DNA from: Paracoccaceae bacterium
Lineage (GTDB): Bacteria > Pseudomonadota > Alphaproteobacteria > Rhodobacterales > Rhodobacteraceae
Reading direction: 5' to 3'
Assembly (NCBI GenBank): GCA_019634215.1
Contig: JAHQVS010000281.1
Span: 1-16,565, forward strand
Length of the DNA stretch: 16,565 nucleotides
In this document: one piece after another, positions 1 to 11,182 of the stretch
Layout: every line of letters starts with the position of its first letter
Position numbering within the stretch: position 1 is the first letter of the stretch
Translations under genes and position numbers: made by a program
Notes under the pieces: model-generated
Databases searched by the model: none
What the model was told of the DNA's origin: nothing
The model's input: only the letters and a program-made list of their open reading frames with translations

Positions 1-57
1 ATGAAGTCGATGACCTTGTCTTCGATGATTGGCGCGCGCAGGCCGCATGGCGCCTAA
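1..57 (+). CDS. 3' end of an upstream gene, cut by the window start (frame 1, TAA at 55-57)
   Basis: Frame 1 is open from position 1 to a TAA at 55-57 with G/C-rich third codon positions. It sits immediately upstream of infB, where nusA-operon small genes usually lie. Product unknown. Confidence 0.3.
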   Translation: MKSMTLSSMIGARRPHGA

Positions 58-89
58 GCGCGCGGGCGGTCGATAGAAAAGGCGATGGA

Positions 90-2672
90 ATGAGTGAGAA
101 AGACACAGGCGGACGGAGACGCGGCTCTGGCGGCGGCACAGGGGGCGGGGGGTCCAAGACCTTGAGCCTCCGGTCCGGCGGTGGGTCGGAGTCTGGCCGG
201 GTTCGCCAGTCCTTCTCCCATGGCCGCAGCAAGTCGGTCGAGGTGGTGACCAAGCGCGCCAAGCGGGTGGTTAAACCAAAGGACGGCGACGGTAAGGCCA
301 ACTCTGCGGAGCTTGATCCGATCAAGCGCGCCGCCCAGAAAGCGGGCCTGTCCGAGGATGAAACTCAGCGACGCCTGCGCGCGGTCGAAGCCGCTAAAGT
401 AGCGGAATTTGAGCGCAAGAAGCGCGAGGTCGAAGAGGCGAAGCGCCGCGCCGAGGAAGAGGTCCGTAAAAAGGCCGAGGAGGAGGAGCGTAAACGTCGC
501 GAGGCTGAGGAAGCCGCGCGCCGCCGCGCCGAGGAAAAGGTTGCTGAGGAAGAGGCCCGGCGCCGTGAGGCTGATGAAGCCGCGCGTCAGGTCGCTGCGG
601 ATGCAACCACTGCCGCGCCTGCTGCGGCGGCTAAAGCGAGCGCCAAGACGTCGGATGCTCCCGCAAAGACCACAGCTTCGACCGAAGAGCGGCGTCCACC
701 GCCGAAGCTGCGTCCCGCAGAGCCGCCGAAAAAGCCTACGACGACCCGTGGTAAGAACGACGACCGTCGCCGCTCGTCAAAGCTCACCATCAGCCGCGCT
801 ACGTCAGGCGAGGGTGAGGAGGGCCGGCAGCGCTCACTGGCGGCGATGCGTCGCCGGCAAGAGAAGCAGCGCAAAGCCGAGCGCGGCGGTGGCGATCGCC
901 CCGCTAAAGTCTTCCGCGACGTGGTTATTCCCGAGGCGATCACCGTCCAGGAACTCGCCCAGCGGATGACCGAGCGCGCCAGCGATGTGGTGAAGTCGTT
1001 GATGAAAATGGACATCATGGCTCGCATCAACGACACCATTGATCAGGATACGGCCGAGCTAGTGGTTGAAGAGTTTGGTCACCGCGTCAAGCGAGTATCG
1101 GAAGCAGATGTTGAAGACAGCTTAGTGGTCTCGGACGAGCGCGACGAAGATCGAGAGTCACGCTCGCCTGTCGTCACTGTGATGGGTCACGTCGACCACG
1201 GCAAAACCTCTCTCCTCGATGCGCTGCGCAAAACCAGCGTGGTTTCTGGTGAGGCTGGCGGCATCACGCAACATATCGGCGCCTATCAGGTGACGACGTC
1301 CGAAGGGGCGAAAATCACCTTCCTCGATACGCCCGGCCACGCCGCGTTCACCTCGATGCGCTCGCGCGGGGCACAGGTGACGGACATCGTTATTCTGGTG
1401 GTGGCGGCCGACGACTCGGTCATGCCACAGACCATCGAAGCCATCGCCCACGCTAAGGCGGCTGGCGTGCCGATGATCGTCGCCATCAACAAGATCGATA
1501 AACCTAACGTCGATCCCCAGAAGGTGCGGGTCGAACTGCTTCAACAGGACATCCAAGTCGAAAGCTTGGGCGGCGAGGTGCTGGACGTGGAAGTCTCGGC
1601 CATCACCGGCCAAGGCCTCGACAGCATCATTGAAAACATCCTGCTTCAGTCTGAGCTGCTTGACTTGAAGGCCAACCCCGATCGCCCCGCTGAAGGCGCT
1701 GTGATCGAGGCCAAGCTCGACACCGGTCGCGGTCCTGTCGCCACCGTTCTGATCCAGCGCGGCACCCTGCGCGTGGGCGACATCTTTGTTGTCGGCGAAC
1801 AGTGGGGCAAGGTCCGCGCCTTGGTGAACGACCAGGGCGATCGGGTGAAGGAGGCGGGGCCTTCTATCCCGGTCGAGGTGCTCGGCCTCAACGGCACGCC
1901 GGAAGCTGGCGACACCCTGATTGTGGTTGAGGACGAGGCCAAGGCGCGGGAAGTGGCGGACTACCGTCAGCGCAAGGCCAAGGAGAACCAGGCGGCTATC
2001 GGCGCACGGGTGACCCTTGACCAACTGCTCGCGCAGGCCAAGCAGAACGTTGACGTCAGAGAACTGCCGGTGGTGGTCAAGGGCGACGTGCAAGGCTCTG
2101 TCGAGGCGATTGTTCAGGCGTTGGAGAAGATCGGCAACGACGAAGTGTCGATCCGCCTCCTGCACTCCGGCGTCGGCGCGATCACTGAGTCTGACGTCAC
2201 ATTGGCCGAAGCGTCACGCACCCCGATCATCGGCTTCAACGTCCGCGCCAACGCCCCAGCAAGGGACGCGGCGCAGCAAAAGGGCGTCGAGATCCGCTAT
2301 TACTCCATCATCTACGACCTTGTGGACGATGTGAAAGCGGCGGCCTCCGGCCTGCTCAGCCCGGAAGTGCGCGAGACCTTTATCGGTTACGCCAATATCA
2401 AGCAGGTGTTCCGGATTTCGAACATCGGCAATGTTGCGGGTTGCGAAGTCACCGAGGGTGTGGCGCGCCGTTCCGCCGGCGTCCGCCTGCTGCGGGACAA
2501 CGTCGTCATCCATACCGGCACTCTGAAGACCCTCAAGCGCTTCAAGGACGAAGTCAAAGAGGTGCAGTCGGGCCAGGAATGCGGCATGGCGTTCGAGAAA
2601 TACGAGGACATTCGTGAAGGCGATGTCATCGAGATTTTTGAGACCGAGGAGATCACTCGGACGTTGGAGTGA
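90..2672 (+). CDS. infB: Translation initiation factor IF-2
   Basis: 860-aa ORF. It has a G domain with [17 protein letters not shown] and NKID motifs. The N-terminal region is a charged E/R/K/A-rich repeat linker ([29 protein letters not shown]) typical of IF-2. AAAGG Shine-Dalgarno about 9 nt upstream of the ATG at 90. Confidence 0.97.
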   Translation: MSEKDTGGRRRGSGGGTGGGGSKTLSLRSGGGSESGRVRQSFSHGRSKSVEVVTKRAKRVVKPKDGDGKANSAELDPIKRAAQKAGLSEDETQRRLRAVEAAKVAEFERKKREVEEAKRRAEEEVRKKAEEEERKRREAEEAARRRAEEKVAEEEARRREADEAARQVAADATTAAPAAAAKASAKTSDAPAKTTASTEERRPPPKLRPAEPPKKPTTTRGKNDDRRRSSKLTISRATSGEGEEGRQRSLAAMRRRQEKQRKAERGGGDRPAKVFRDVVIPEAITVQELAQRMTERASDVVKSLMKMDIMARINDTIDQDTAELVVEEFGHRVKRVSEADVEDSLVVSDERDEDRESRSPVVTVMGHVDHGKTSLLDALRKTSVVSGEAGGITQHIGAYQVTTSEGAKITFLDTPGHAAFTSMRSRGAQVTDIVILVVAADDSVMPQTIEAIAHAKAAGVPMIVAINKIDKPNVDPQKVRVELLQQDIQVESLGGEVLDVEVSAITGQGLDSIIENILLQSELLDLKANPDRPAEGAVIEAKLDTGRGPVATVLIQRGTLRVGDIFVVGEQWGKVRALVNDQGDRVKEAGPSIPVEVLGLNGTPEAGDTLIVVEDEAKAREVADYRQRKAKENQAAIGARVTLDQLLAQAKQNVDVRELPVVVKGDVQGSVEAIVQALEKIGNDEVSIRLLHSGVGAITESDVTLAEASRTPIIGFNVRANAPARDAAQQKGVEIRYYSIIYDLVDDVKAAASGLLSPEVRETFIGYANIKQVFRISNIGNVAGCEVTEGVARRSAGVRLLRDNVVIHTGTLKTLKRFKDEVKEVQSGQECGMAFEKYEDIREGDVIEIFETEEITRTLE

Positions 2673-2712
2673 TCGTATCTGGGTGTGTGAAATGGTGAAT
2701 TGTAGTTAAGAA

Positions 2713-2759
2713 CTCCACTCGGGCGAACGGCTGTTATGGCGTGGTTCGCCCGAGTGGAG
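2713..2759 (+). terminator. Perfect 16-bp inverted repeat hairpin (15-nt loop) 40 nt after the infB stop
   Basis: CTCCACTCGGGCGAAC at 2713-2728 is the exact reverse complement of GTTCGCCCGAGTGGAG at 2744-2759. No clean U-run follows (catgcgttcttatg), so it is either a terminator or an RNA stability/processing hairpin. Confidence 0.45.
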
Positions 2760-2886
2760 CATGCGTTCTTATGATGCTGTCGCTATACCCTTGAGCTTGC
2801 TCTGGGTTGTGTTTGCACTGTTCTGGAACGTCACAGTTTAGAATATCAGCGCTACCATACTGTTTAATATTGCCGGGCTGTTCATT

Positions 2887-3243
2887 TTGTTTGCGGGCCT
2901 TCACTTCGTGGCAGGCCGCTTCATTTTCGACGCCATGAAGCGTGAGAGAACTTCTTTCGCAACCTCCAATCAGCGGGCGCTGATCGTCGCTGCTTCCTGG
3001 GGGCGGTTAATGTGTTCTCACTCCATCAACGCGGACACTACCGTCTCACGAAGTTTCTTTCGGAGTGGGGAGGACTTCGCCATCGGGCGTCAGATACCGA
3101 TGTTTTCACGCGGCGGAATATATTGGACAGACACACCGACAGGGGTCGTGTTTGAGGGCGCCGTCAATGTCGGTGCTATGGCCAAGGCAATCGTCACAAT
3201 CCAATACGAAGCACGTGAGGGGGTGCGAGCGGCGGGTGGTTGA
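2887..3243 (+). CDS. Orphan hypothetical protein (118 aa) in a lower-GC patch
   Basis: ORF with no recognisable motif. The surrounding 2673-3290 region is about 50% GC against about 63% for the flanks. It ends 44 nt before the next gene. Coding status is uncertain. Confidence 0.25.
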   Translation: MFAGLHFVAGRFIFDAMKRERTSFATSNQRALIVAASWGRLMCSHSINADTTVSRSFFRSGEDFAIGRQIPMFSRGGIYWTDTPTGVVFEGAVNVGAMAKAIVTIQYEAREGVRAAGG

Positions 3244-3286
3244 TCCGCATCAAGGCGCTGCTGTGTATTCCGGCTAAGGTCGTGTC

Positions 3287-3601
3287 ATGACTGATTTAGC
3301 CGCACAAAAGTCAAAGCTTCTGGCTCGCCTGGGTGAGCTGGACCAGCGCCTAGCCCGCATCGAGGAGAGCCTCGATGCCCCCCATAACCCCGACTTCGAA
3401 GAAGACGCCACTGAACGCGAGGGTGACGAGGTGAGGGAGCAGCTCGGTGAGGCCGGGTTGCTAGAGATCCGGCAGATCCGGGCCGCTCTACAGCGGCTGC
3501 GGGTTGGCGGCTACGGCGTCTGCGTCGCTTGCGGTGAAAACATATCGCCGGAGCGTCTGATTGCGGTGCCCACAGCGGCGCGCTGCCGCAACTGCGTGTA
3601 A
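3287..3601 (+). CDS. TraR/DksA-family C4-type zinc-finger protein (104 aa)
   Basis: C-terminal CVAC-x17-CRNC (C-x2-C-x17-C-x2-C), the signature spacing of the DksA/TraR zinc finger. N-terminal acidic coiled-coil-like region (LARLGELDQRLARIEESL). AAGG 8 nt upstream of the ATG. Confidence 0.8.
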   Translation: MTDLAAQKSKLLARLGELDQRLARIEESLDAPHNPDFEEDATEREGDEVREQLGEAGLLEIRQIRAALQRLRVGGYGVCVACGENISPERLIAVPTAARCRNCV

Positions 3602-3609
3602 TACCCCTA

Positions 3610-4758
3610 TCAAGCCTGCTGAAAATACCGCGTCAGAATAGCCTCATAGGCTGTTGATAACGCCGCCACGTCATTCGCTGGCACCCGCTCGTCCACCTGA
3701 TGCATGGTGTCGCCGACGAGGCCGAACTCGACGACGGGACAGTGCGCTTTCATAAAACGCGCATCCGAGGTGCCGCCGCCGGTGGTCAACTGTGGCTGGC
3801 GTCCTGTGGACGTTGCCACCGCCTTGGCCACCAGCTCGGTGAATGATCCAGGTTCGGTCAGAAACGCCTCTCCGGAAATCCGAGACTGCATCTCGATCTC
3901 TACGCCCGTCTCTTGGCTCATCCTGGCGGCGGCATCTTTCAGCCACGCTGTCAGAGCAGCCCCCGTATGGGTGGGGTTGAAACGGATATTGAGCTGTGCG
4001 CGCGCTATTCCAGGAATGACATTGTTGGCTGGGTTGCCGACGTCGACAGTGGTCAGCGCCAGCGTTGACGGCTCGAAATGTGGATAGCCGTCGTCCAACG
4101 CAGCGCTCGCGAACCCATCCAGAAGCTTCACCAGTGCGGGCAACGGGTTTCGGGCGCGGTGCGGGTAGGCGGTGTGGCCCTGTTTGCCCTTGGCTGTGAA
4201 ATTGGCTGTCATACTGCCGCGCCGGCCGATCTTCATCACATCCCCAAGCGTGGACACCGAGGTCGGCTCACCCACCAGGCAGTGGTCGACACGCTCACCA
4301 CTTTCGTCCATCCAATCCAAAAGAGCGCGAGTGCCGTCGACGCCGTCGCCCTCCTCATCGCCGGTGATCATCAACACCACTGACCCTTGGGGCGGTGTCG
4401 CCGTCACAAACCGGCAGGCGGCTGATATGAACGCTGCTACGCCGGATTTCATATCAGTTGCGCCCCGGCCCCAGATCACGCCGTCGACCAGCTCGCCGCC
4501 GAAGGGCCCCCGGCTCCAGGCGGCGCGATCGCCGATTGGCACCACATCGGTGTGGCCGTTGAAGCCGAAGCAGGGGCCGTCGCCGCCGCTCCATTTGGCG
4601 TAGAGGTTGGCGATCCCGCCACGATCGACGCGGCGGCACTCAAACCCGAAGGGAGTCAGCGCCTCCGCCACTAAGCGGATCGCTCCGCCTTCTTCGGGGG
4701 TGACCGAGGGGCATTGGATTAGCGCTTGCGTCAGGGCGACGGGATCAGGCGTCTCCAT
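3610..4758 (-). CDS. dapE: Succinyl-diaminopimelate desuccinylase (M20 peptidase)
   Basis: 382 aa with [22 protein letters not shown] and ITGDEEG motifs of the DapE/ArgE M20 family. Its start overlaps the dapD stop (ATGA). Confidence 0.92.
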   Translation of the reverse strand: METPDPVALTQALIQCPSVTPEEGGAIRLVAEALTPFGFECRRVDRGGIANLYAKWSGGDGPCFGFNGHTDVVPIGDRAAWSRGPFGGELVDGVIWGRGATDMKSGVAAFISAACRFVTATPPQGSVVLMITGDEEGDGVDGTRALLDWMDESGERVDHCLVGEPTSVSTLGDVMKIGRRGSMTANFTAKGKQGHTAYPHRARNPLPALVKLLDGFASAALDDGYPHFEPSTLALTTVDVGNPANNVIPGIARAQLNIRFNPTHTGAALTAWLKDAAARMSQETGVEIEMQSRISGEAFLTEPGSFTELVAKAVATSTGRQPQLTTGGGTSDARFMKAHCPVVEFGLVGDTMHQVDERVPANDVAALSTAYEAILTRYFQQA

Positions 4759-5630
4759 CAGTCGCGCAGAAGGTCGTTGATCGAGGTTTTCGACCGCGTC
4801 TGCTCATCAACGCGCTTCACGATTACGGCGCAGTACAGGCTCGGTCCCCAATTCTCATTCGGCAAGTTGCGCCCGGGCAGTGTACCTGAGACCACAACCG
4901 AATAGGGCGGCACTTCGCCGATATGGATCTCGCCGGTGTTGCGGTCGACGATTTTGGTCGACGCCCCCAGATACACACCCATCGCCAGCACCGAGCCTTC
5001 GCGTACGATTACACCTTCCGCCACTTCGGCCCGAGCGCCAATGAAGCAGTTGTCCTCGATCACCACCGGTCCGGCCTGAAGGGGCTCCAGAACGCCGCCG
5101 ATCCCGGCGCCGCCGGAGATATGGCAGTTCTTGCCGATTTGCGCGCAGGAGCCGACGGTCGCCCAAGTGTCGACCATGGTGCCTTCATCCACATAAGCGC
5201 CGAGATTTACGAAGGACGGCATCAGCACAACGCCCTTGGCGCTAAAAGCCGAACGGCGCACCACCGTGTGTGGCACCGCACGGAAACCTGCAGCGCGGAA
5301 GGCGTCAGCGCCCCATCCATCGAACTTCGACGGCACCTTATCCCACCACGATCCGCCGCCGGGGCCGCCAGGGATTGTCGTCATGTCATTGAGCCGGAAC
5401 GATAGCAGCACCGCTTTTTTTAACCACTGGTTTACGGACCACTGCCCATCAGCCCCCCGCTCCGCCACTCGCGCTTGGCCCGCATCCAGCAAGCCAAGTG
5501 ATGTTTCAATCGCCTCACGGGTCTCGCCTGACGTAGCGGGGGTCAGGGCGTCTCGTCCTTCCCATGCGGCTTCGACCGTCGCGCGCAACTGCTCAAGCTG
5601 CACGGGATCGGTGGGGGATGTGGCGGTCAT
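4758..5630 (-). CDS. dapD: 2,3,4,5-tetrahydropyridine-2,6-dicarboxylate N-succinyltransferase
   Basis: 290 aa with a left-handed beta-helix hexapeptide-repeat region ([37 protein letters not shown]) and a typical DapD N-terminus. Immediately upstream of dapE in the same orientation. Confidence 0.92.
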   Translation of the reverse strand: MTATSPTDPVQLEQLRATVEAAWEGRDALTPATSGETREAIETSLGLLDAGQARVAERGADGQWSVNQWLKKAVLLSFRLNDMTTIPGGPGGGSWWDKVPSKFDGWGADAFRAAGFRAVPHTVVRRSAFSAKGVVLMPSFVNLGAYVDEGTMVDTWATVGSCAQIGKNCHISGGAGIGGVLEPLQAGPVVIEDNCFIGARAEVAEGVIVREGSVLAMGVYLGASTKIVDRNTGEIHIGEVPPYSVVVSGTLPGRNLPNENWGPSLYCAVIVKRVDEQTRSKTSINDLLRD

Positions 5631-5695
5631 GGCGTTGTCCTCTTGTTTCGATCGGCTTTAAGCGCCCCGGCCCCGGCTGGCAAATGGTCTGGGGG

Positions 5696-6706
5696 TCAGG
5701 AGCCGGGCGGCGTGTATTGGAACTGCAACAGCAGTGTGCGTTGCCAGCCGCTGAAATTATCGTCCGAGAGCAGGGTGAGCAGCAGCGCGCCATCCTGTGA
5801 CGCCTCGACCGTGATCGCCTCCATATTGTCGATCGGCAAACCGCCGCTAAGGGTCGCCAACACCTCTCCACCGCCGAGGTCGCCACTGGCGAAATCAGGA
5901 TTGGGGAAGCGCCGGACCCGGGCGGCGACGCCGGTCATCCAGTGAAACCGGCGCTCCACCAGATACAGCGCCTTGTCTGGCCCGAAGGCCGCGCCAGTGG
6001 GGGCGAAGCCGTCGCGGCGGTCCAAACGGAACGGAGATGGCGTCTCTCCTTCCGCCCATGGGGCGGCGATGCGCCATCCCTGGGCGGCGTCTGGTGGGCT
6101 GCCGTTACGGGGGGGCTCTTCGGCGATGGCGATCAACGCCCCATCCGGGGCCGTCGCAAGCGCCTCGAGCCCTCCGTTGCGGGGGAGCAGCTCGAATGCG
6201 GGCGCGGCGGTTTCCGCCAAGGTCTCGCCGTCGACCACAGCGTATTGCTCGATCCTGTGTCCACCTTCAAAACTGACCGCTAATCGCCCGCCTGGCGCGA
6301 CAGCCAAAGCCTCGGCGTCGGCGGATCTGCCGGTTAAGGGCTGGCGCGCGGCGTCGCGCAACAGCGCCATTTGGGCGTGCTTCAGCCCAGTCAGAACGCC
6401 GTTTGGCGCACGGTCGAAGCTGAAAGTGAGCCATGCGCCGCGGTCTGTGACGGCGAAGCCGTTCTCACCGCGCATCTCCAGGCCTGAGAGGCCGCCAAAG
6501 CGCTTCTCATCCGACCTAAACTCCCATCCGCCGACATGGGTGAGCGCGTCAATTCGTTGCTTACCTGCTGGCCAGGACAGCGGGGTCATGGTGATGATGA
6601 TGTCTTGCGCTTGCGACCATGCCGCGAGAGGGATGGCGCTGAACGCCAGCACGCACAGCCCCATTGCGCCGAGGCGTCGCCGGGCCCAGCAGTTCAAATT
6701 TGGCAT
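5696..6706 (-). CDS. Secreted 'esterase-like activity of phytase' (phytase-like) family protein
   Basis: 336 aa with an N-terminal signal peptide (RRRLGAMGLCVLAFSAIPLAAWSQA). Contains GGLSGLE and repeated GG-x-EA motifs characteristic of the phytase-like beta-propeller family. Confidence 0.7.
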   Translation of the reverse strand: MPNLNCWARRRLGAMGLCVLAFSAIPLAAWSQAQDIIITMTPLSWPAGKQRIDALTHVGGWEFRSDEKRFGGLSGLEMRGENGFAVTDRGAWLTFSFDRAPNGVLTGLKHAQMALLRDAARQPLTGRSADAEALAVAPGGRLAVSFEGGHRIEQYAVVDGETLAETAAPAFELLPRNGGLEALATAPDGALIAIAEEPPRNGSPPDAAQGWRIAAPWAEGETPSPFRLDRRDGFAPTGAAFGPDKALYLVERRFHWMTGVAARVRRFPNPDFASGDLGGGEVLATLSGGLPIDNMEAITVEASQDGALLLTLLSDDNFSGWQRTLLLQFQYTPPGS

Positions 6707-6707
6707 C

Positions 6708-7649
6708 TTATCTCTGCATTGAACTCAATAGTGCGCCGCAGGCTTCCGGCAGATCATTGAGCGTTATCTCCGGCCGGGGTTTTGCCCCGGGCTTCGGCTT
6801 TGGGTTTAGCGCTTCGTCCGAGAACCACCAAGCGAGTTGATCACAGCCGTCGCCCGGCGGTGGTGCATCTTGTGGTACACACTGAGGCGAGTCTTCAGGG
6901 CAATTCAGCCGGACATGAAAGTGCGAGTCATGCCCCCACCAAGGCCGAAGTTTCCGAAGCCAGCCGATCGCCTCGTCTGATCCGCCATAGTCGCCGCACA
7001 TCCGCTGTTTTATGGCGGCGTTGACGAAGATCCGGGCGATCGCAGCGTCGCTGGCGGCGGCTTTTAGGATCTCGCCATGCGTTTCCCGCCAATTCTTTGT
7101 GACTTGCAGTCGATTGCGCGTCACCAGCCGCTCGGAGGACAGCGATTCACGCTCTTTCGAGCTGAGGCGACGCTCAGGCGCCGGGCGGAACCAGATATCC
7201 GCATCCAGCCCGACTTGATGGGAGCGATGGCCCGTTAGCATCGGCCCACCGAGCGGTTGGGCTAAATCCCCAACCAAAACACCATGCCAGCCAAGTTCGC
7301 GCGCATTGTCCCCGAGGCGTTCGATAAAGGCGAGTAATGAGGGGTGGCCATATCCGCGATTGCGGCTGGGCCGCATTGCCTGCCAGCCTGCGCCATTGGC
7401 CGCCAACTGCAGAGCGCCAGCGACGCAACCATTGGCGTAACCACCATACACTTGCGGTTTGGCCTCATTTGGCGCGGCGACACCGCCAAACAGCAATTTC
7501 GCAGGGCCGTCTGAGTTGGATTCCCGCTCACCCGCTTGGGAAAAGGGGATCATGAGGATAAGACTTAGGAAAGCGAGTAACAGAACGCTCAGTGCGCGCC
7601 GATAGTTCGTTGTTCCTTCAATAAAAAAAGCCCGCCCCCGCGCAACCAT
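6708..7649 (-). CDS. mepA: Penicillin-insensitive murein endopeptidase (peptidase M74)
   Basis: HRSHQVGLDADIW, RIFVNAAIKQRMC, WLRKLRPWWGHDSHFHVRL and PPPGDGCD all match E. coli MepA closely. RR signal peptide. The first about 15 codons are AT-rich (ttttttattgaagga), so the true start may lie downstream of the ATG at 7649. Confidence 0.88.
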   Translation of the reverse strand: MVARGRAFFIEGTTNYRRALSVLLLAFLSLILMIPFSQAGERESNSDGPAKLLFGGVAAPNEAKPQVYGGYANGCVAGALQLAANGAGWQAMRPSRNRGYGHPSLLAFIERLGDNARELGWHGVLVGDLAQPLGGPMLTGHRSHQVGLDADIWFRPAPERRLSSKERESLSSERLVTRNRLQVTKNWRETHGEILKAAASDAAIARIFVNAAIKQRMCGDYGGSDEAIGWLRKLRPWWGHDSHFHVRLNCPEDSPQCVPQDAPPPGDGCDQLAWWFSDEALNPKPKPGAKPRPEITLNDLPEACGALLSSMQR

Positions 7650-7651
7650 CG

Positions 7652-9451
<1,800 letters not shown>

Positions 9452-9548
9452 AACGCGGTTATGGGAGCGGTTCTCGCCCCGGTCAATGTCACCCGCAGCT
9501 TGTTGTCGCAGATCTCACGCAGCGCCTCGCCACGGAGGTCCGAAAGGC

Positions 9549-9932
9549 TCAGGCGGCGATGGGCAAATTGAGTTCAGTCTGCGCACTAGTCGACGATTTT
9601 GTCAGGAAAATCAATGTGCCGGCAACGAGTCCGGCGATCGCCGGGTTTCCGTCCAAGCGCCCCTCAGCCAACCGCAGAAATGTTGCACCTTCTTCGCCGC
9701 CGTCGACCACCATCGCGCCGGAGGTTCGGGCCCGAGCGACGACGTAATCAGGCCACTGGTCCCGCAACTCATCCGCAGTGGCCACAATCACCGCGTCACT
9801 AGAGCCAAGAACGGCGGCGAATCCGGCTGACGCGGCGCGGGCGTTTTCGACCACGATCATCGGCCTAAACTTAGTTTCTGATGAGGAGCGGCGGTCTAAA
9901 GTTGGGGAGAGAGGTTGCATGATGATCTCCAT
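9549..9932 (-). CDS. Hypothetical small alpha/beta protein (about 127 aa) upstream of lepA
   Basis: Only long ORF here with G/C-rich third codon positions (about 70%). Alternating beta/alpha pattern (MIVVEN...DAVIVAT...DYVVARA...AMVVDG). No motif I can name. Start codon uncertain (9932, or internal Met codons). Confidence 0.45.
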   Translation of the reverse strand: MEIIMQPLSPTLDRRSSSETKFRPMIVVENARAASAGFAAVLGSSDAVIVATADELRDQWPDYVVARARTSGAMVVDGGEEGATFLRLAEGRLDGNPAIAGLVAGTLIFLTKSSTSAQTELNLPIAA

Positions 9933-10057
9933 CGCTTTTGTTCACTTATTGTTCTAGGGGGGCTTTCCCCCTTCGTCAAGATGTTCTTCTTCTGTCTGGC
10001 AAACTTTTTGGTTTCTACGAGTAAACTTACATGTGAATTCGACGAATCAGGAGACGG

Positions 10058-10756
10058 ATGATGGTGGCGATCGTGGTGTTGACCGGTGCTGGGATTTCAG
10101 CTGAATCGGGGTTGGGCACCTTCCGCGACACCGATGGCGTATGGACGAAGTACGATCTTGAGGATGTCGCCACGCCCCAGGGGTTTGTGCGCAACCCTGA
10201 GTTGGTGCAGGCTTTTTACAACGCAAGGCGCAGCGGCGTCGTCACGGCTCGGCCAAACGCGGCGCATGAGGCTTTGGCGAAGTTGGAGGCCTCGTTGGGC
10301 GCTGAACTCTTGCTTGTCACCCAGAACGTTGATGATCTGCATGAGCGTGGCGGCGCCAAGCGGGTCGTGCATATGCATGGGGAATTGCTGAAGGCGTTTT
10401 GCGCCAGCTGCCAGGCGCGTCGACGCCAAGAGACCGACATCTCCGTAGAGGAGGTTTGCGCCGATTGCGGTGTGGTGGGGCAGATGCGTCCGGACGTGGT
10501 GTGGTTTGGGGAAATTCCCTACCACATGGACGAAATCTACGCCGCTTTATCGAAAGCAGAGATGTTCGTCTCCATCGGCACCAGCGGGCAGGTTTACCCT
10601 GCCGCAGGATTTGTGGAGATGGCGCGGGACAGTGGGGCGGCCTGCTTGGAACTTAACCTAGAGGCCACCAACCCTGCCTTCACGCAAAGGCGTCTTGGGC
10701 CGGCGACTGAAGTGACGCCGGCTTGGGTAGATGAGATCCTGAACAGCGGAGGTTGA
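10058..10756 (+). CDS. cobB: NAD-dependent protein deacylase (Sir2 family)
   Basis: 232 aa with GAGISAESGLGTFR, TQNVDDLHERGG and HMHGEL, plus a Zn ribbon (C-x2-C ... C-x2-C: CASC...CADC) and the VVWFGE motif. Confidence 0.9.
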   Translation: MMVAIVVLTGAGISAESGLGTFRDTDGVWTKYDLEDVATPQGFVRNPELVQAFYNARRSGVVTARPNAAHEALAKLEASLGAELLLVTQNVDDLHERGGAKRVVHMHGELLKAFCASCQARRRQETDISVEEVCADCGVVGQMRPDVVWFGEIPYHMDEIYAALSKAEMFVSIGTSGQVYPAAGFVEMARDSGAACLELNLEATNPAFTQRRLGPATEVTPAWVDEILNSGG

Positions 10757-10771
10757 TCCGTCGGCCGCGCC

Positions 10772-11062
10772 TCACTCGGCGGCGGCTTCGGCCTTCTCAA
10801 GATCGCGCTTCACCTTCAGCGCGCGCGGGGACAACTCGGTGTCACGGGCTTTGCGCAGAAACGCGTCGAGGCCGCCACGATGGTCCACCGTGCGCAGCGC
10901 GCTGGCCGCGATCCGGAAGCGATAAGAACGGCCAAGCTTGTCGCTCATCAGCGTCACTTGGTTCAGATTCGGCAGCCAGCGACGGCGGCTCTTGATATTG
11001 GAGTGGCTGACATTGTTGCCTGTCAGCACGCCTTTGCCGGTCAGCTCGCAACGGCGGGACAT
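10772..11062 (-). CDS. rpmB: 50S ribosomal protein bL28
   Basis: [36 protein letters not shown] is the canonical bL28 N-terminus. I chose the start at MSRRC (ATG at 11062) with AGGGGTGA Shine-Dalgarno upstream. The ORF track extends further 5' to 11113, probably spuriously. Confidence 0.9.
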   Translation of the reverse strand: MSRRCELTGKGVLTGNNVSHSNIKSRRRWLPNLNQVTLMSDKLGRSYRFRIAASALRTVDHRGGLDAFLRKARDTELSPRALKVKRDLEKAEAAAE

Positions 11063-11107
11063 ACAGGTCACCCCTATGCAGTGGCGCGCCCATAGGCGGG
11101 CCAGTTT

Positions 11108-11143
11108 TGACAAATACGAAAACCGTCGACGCGATGCGTCAAC
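11108..11143 (-). terminator. Rho-independent terminator of meaB (minus strand)
   Basis: Reading the minus strand: GTTGACGC-ATC-GCGTCGAC (8-bp stem including one G.U pair), then GGTTTTCGTATTTG. It lies between the meaB stop and the rpmB promoter region. Confidence 0.6.
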
Positions 11144-11182
11144 GGCGTAGGAGCCGTCGATAACGGCGGCGGGGCGAGTGCG

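Noticed and set aside
394-2513. Several long ORFs overlapping infB on both strands (409-969 +, 587-1039 -, 1158-2165 -, 2017-2334 +, 2214-2513 -)
   Set aside because: These are typical high-GC frame artefacts inside a strongly supported IF-2 gene. The 409-969 product is an R/K/S-rich, low-complexity sequence generated by the charged-repeat linker DNA.
5973-6722. 249-aa + strand ORF antisense to the phytase-like gene
   Set aside because: Ser/Ala/Pro-rich and low-complexity. The opposite-strand gene has a clear signal peptide and family motifs.
7600-7651. Possible lepA intrinsic terminator (GC-rich run plus T7 on the minus strand) inside the 5' end of mepA
   Set aside because: The GC-rich segment (GCGCGGGGGCGGGC) is not self-complementary, so no stable hairpin forms. 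I treat it at most as a weak pause site. It does leave the mepA start codon slightly uncertain.
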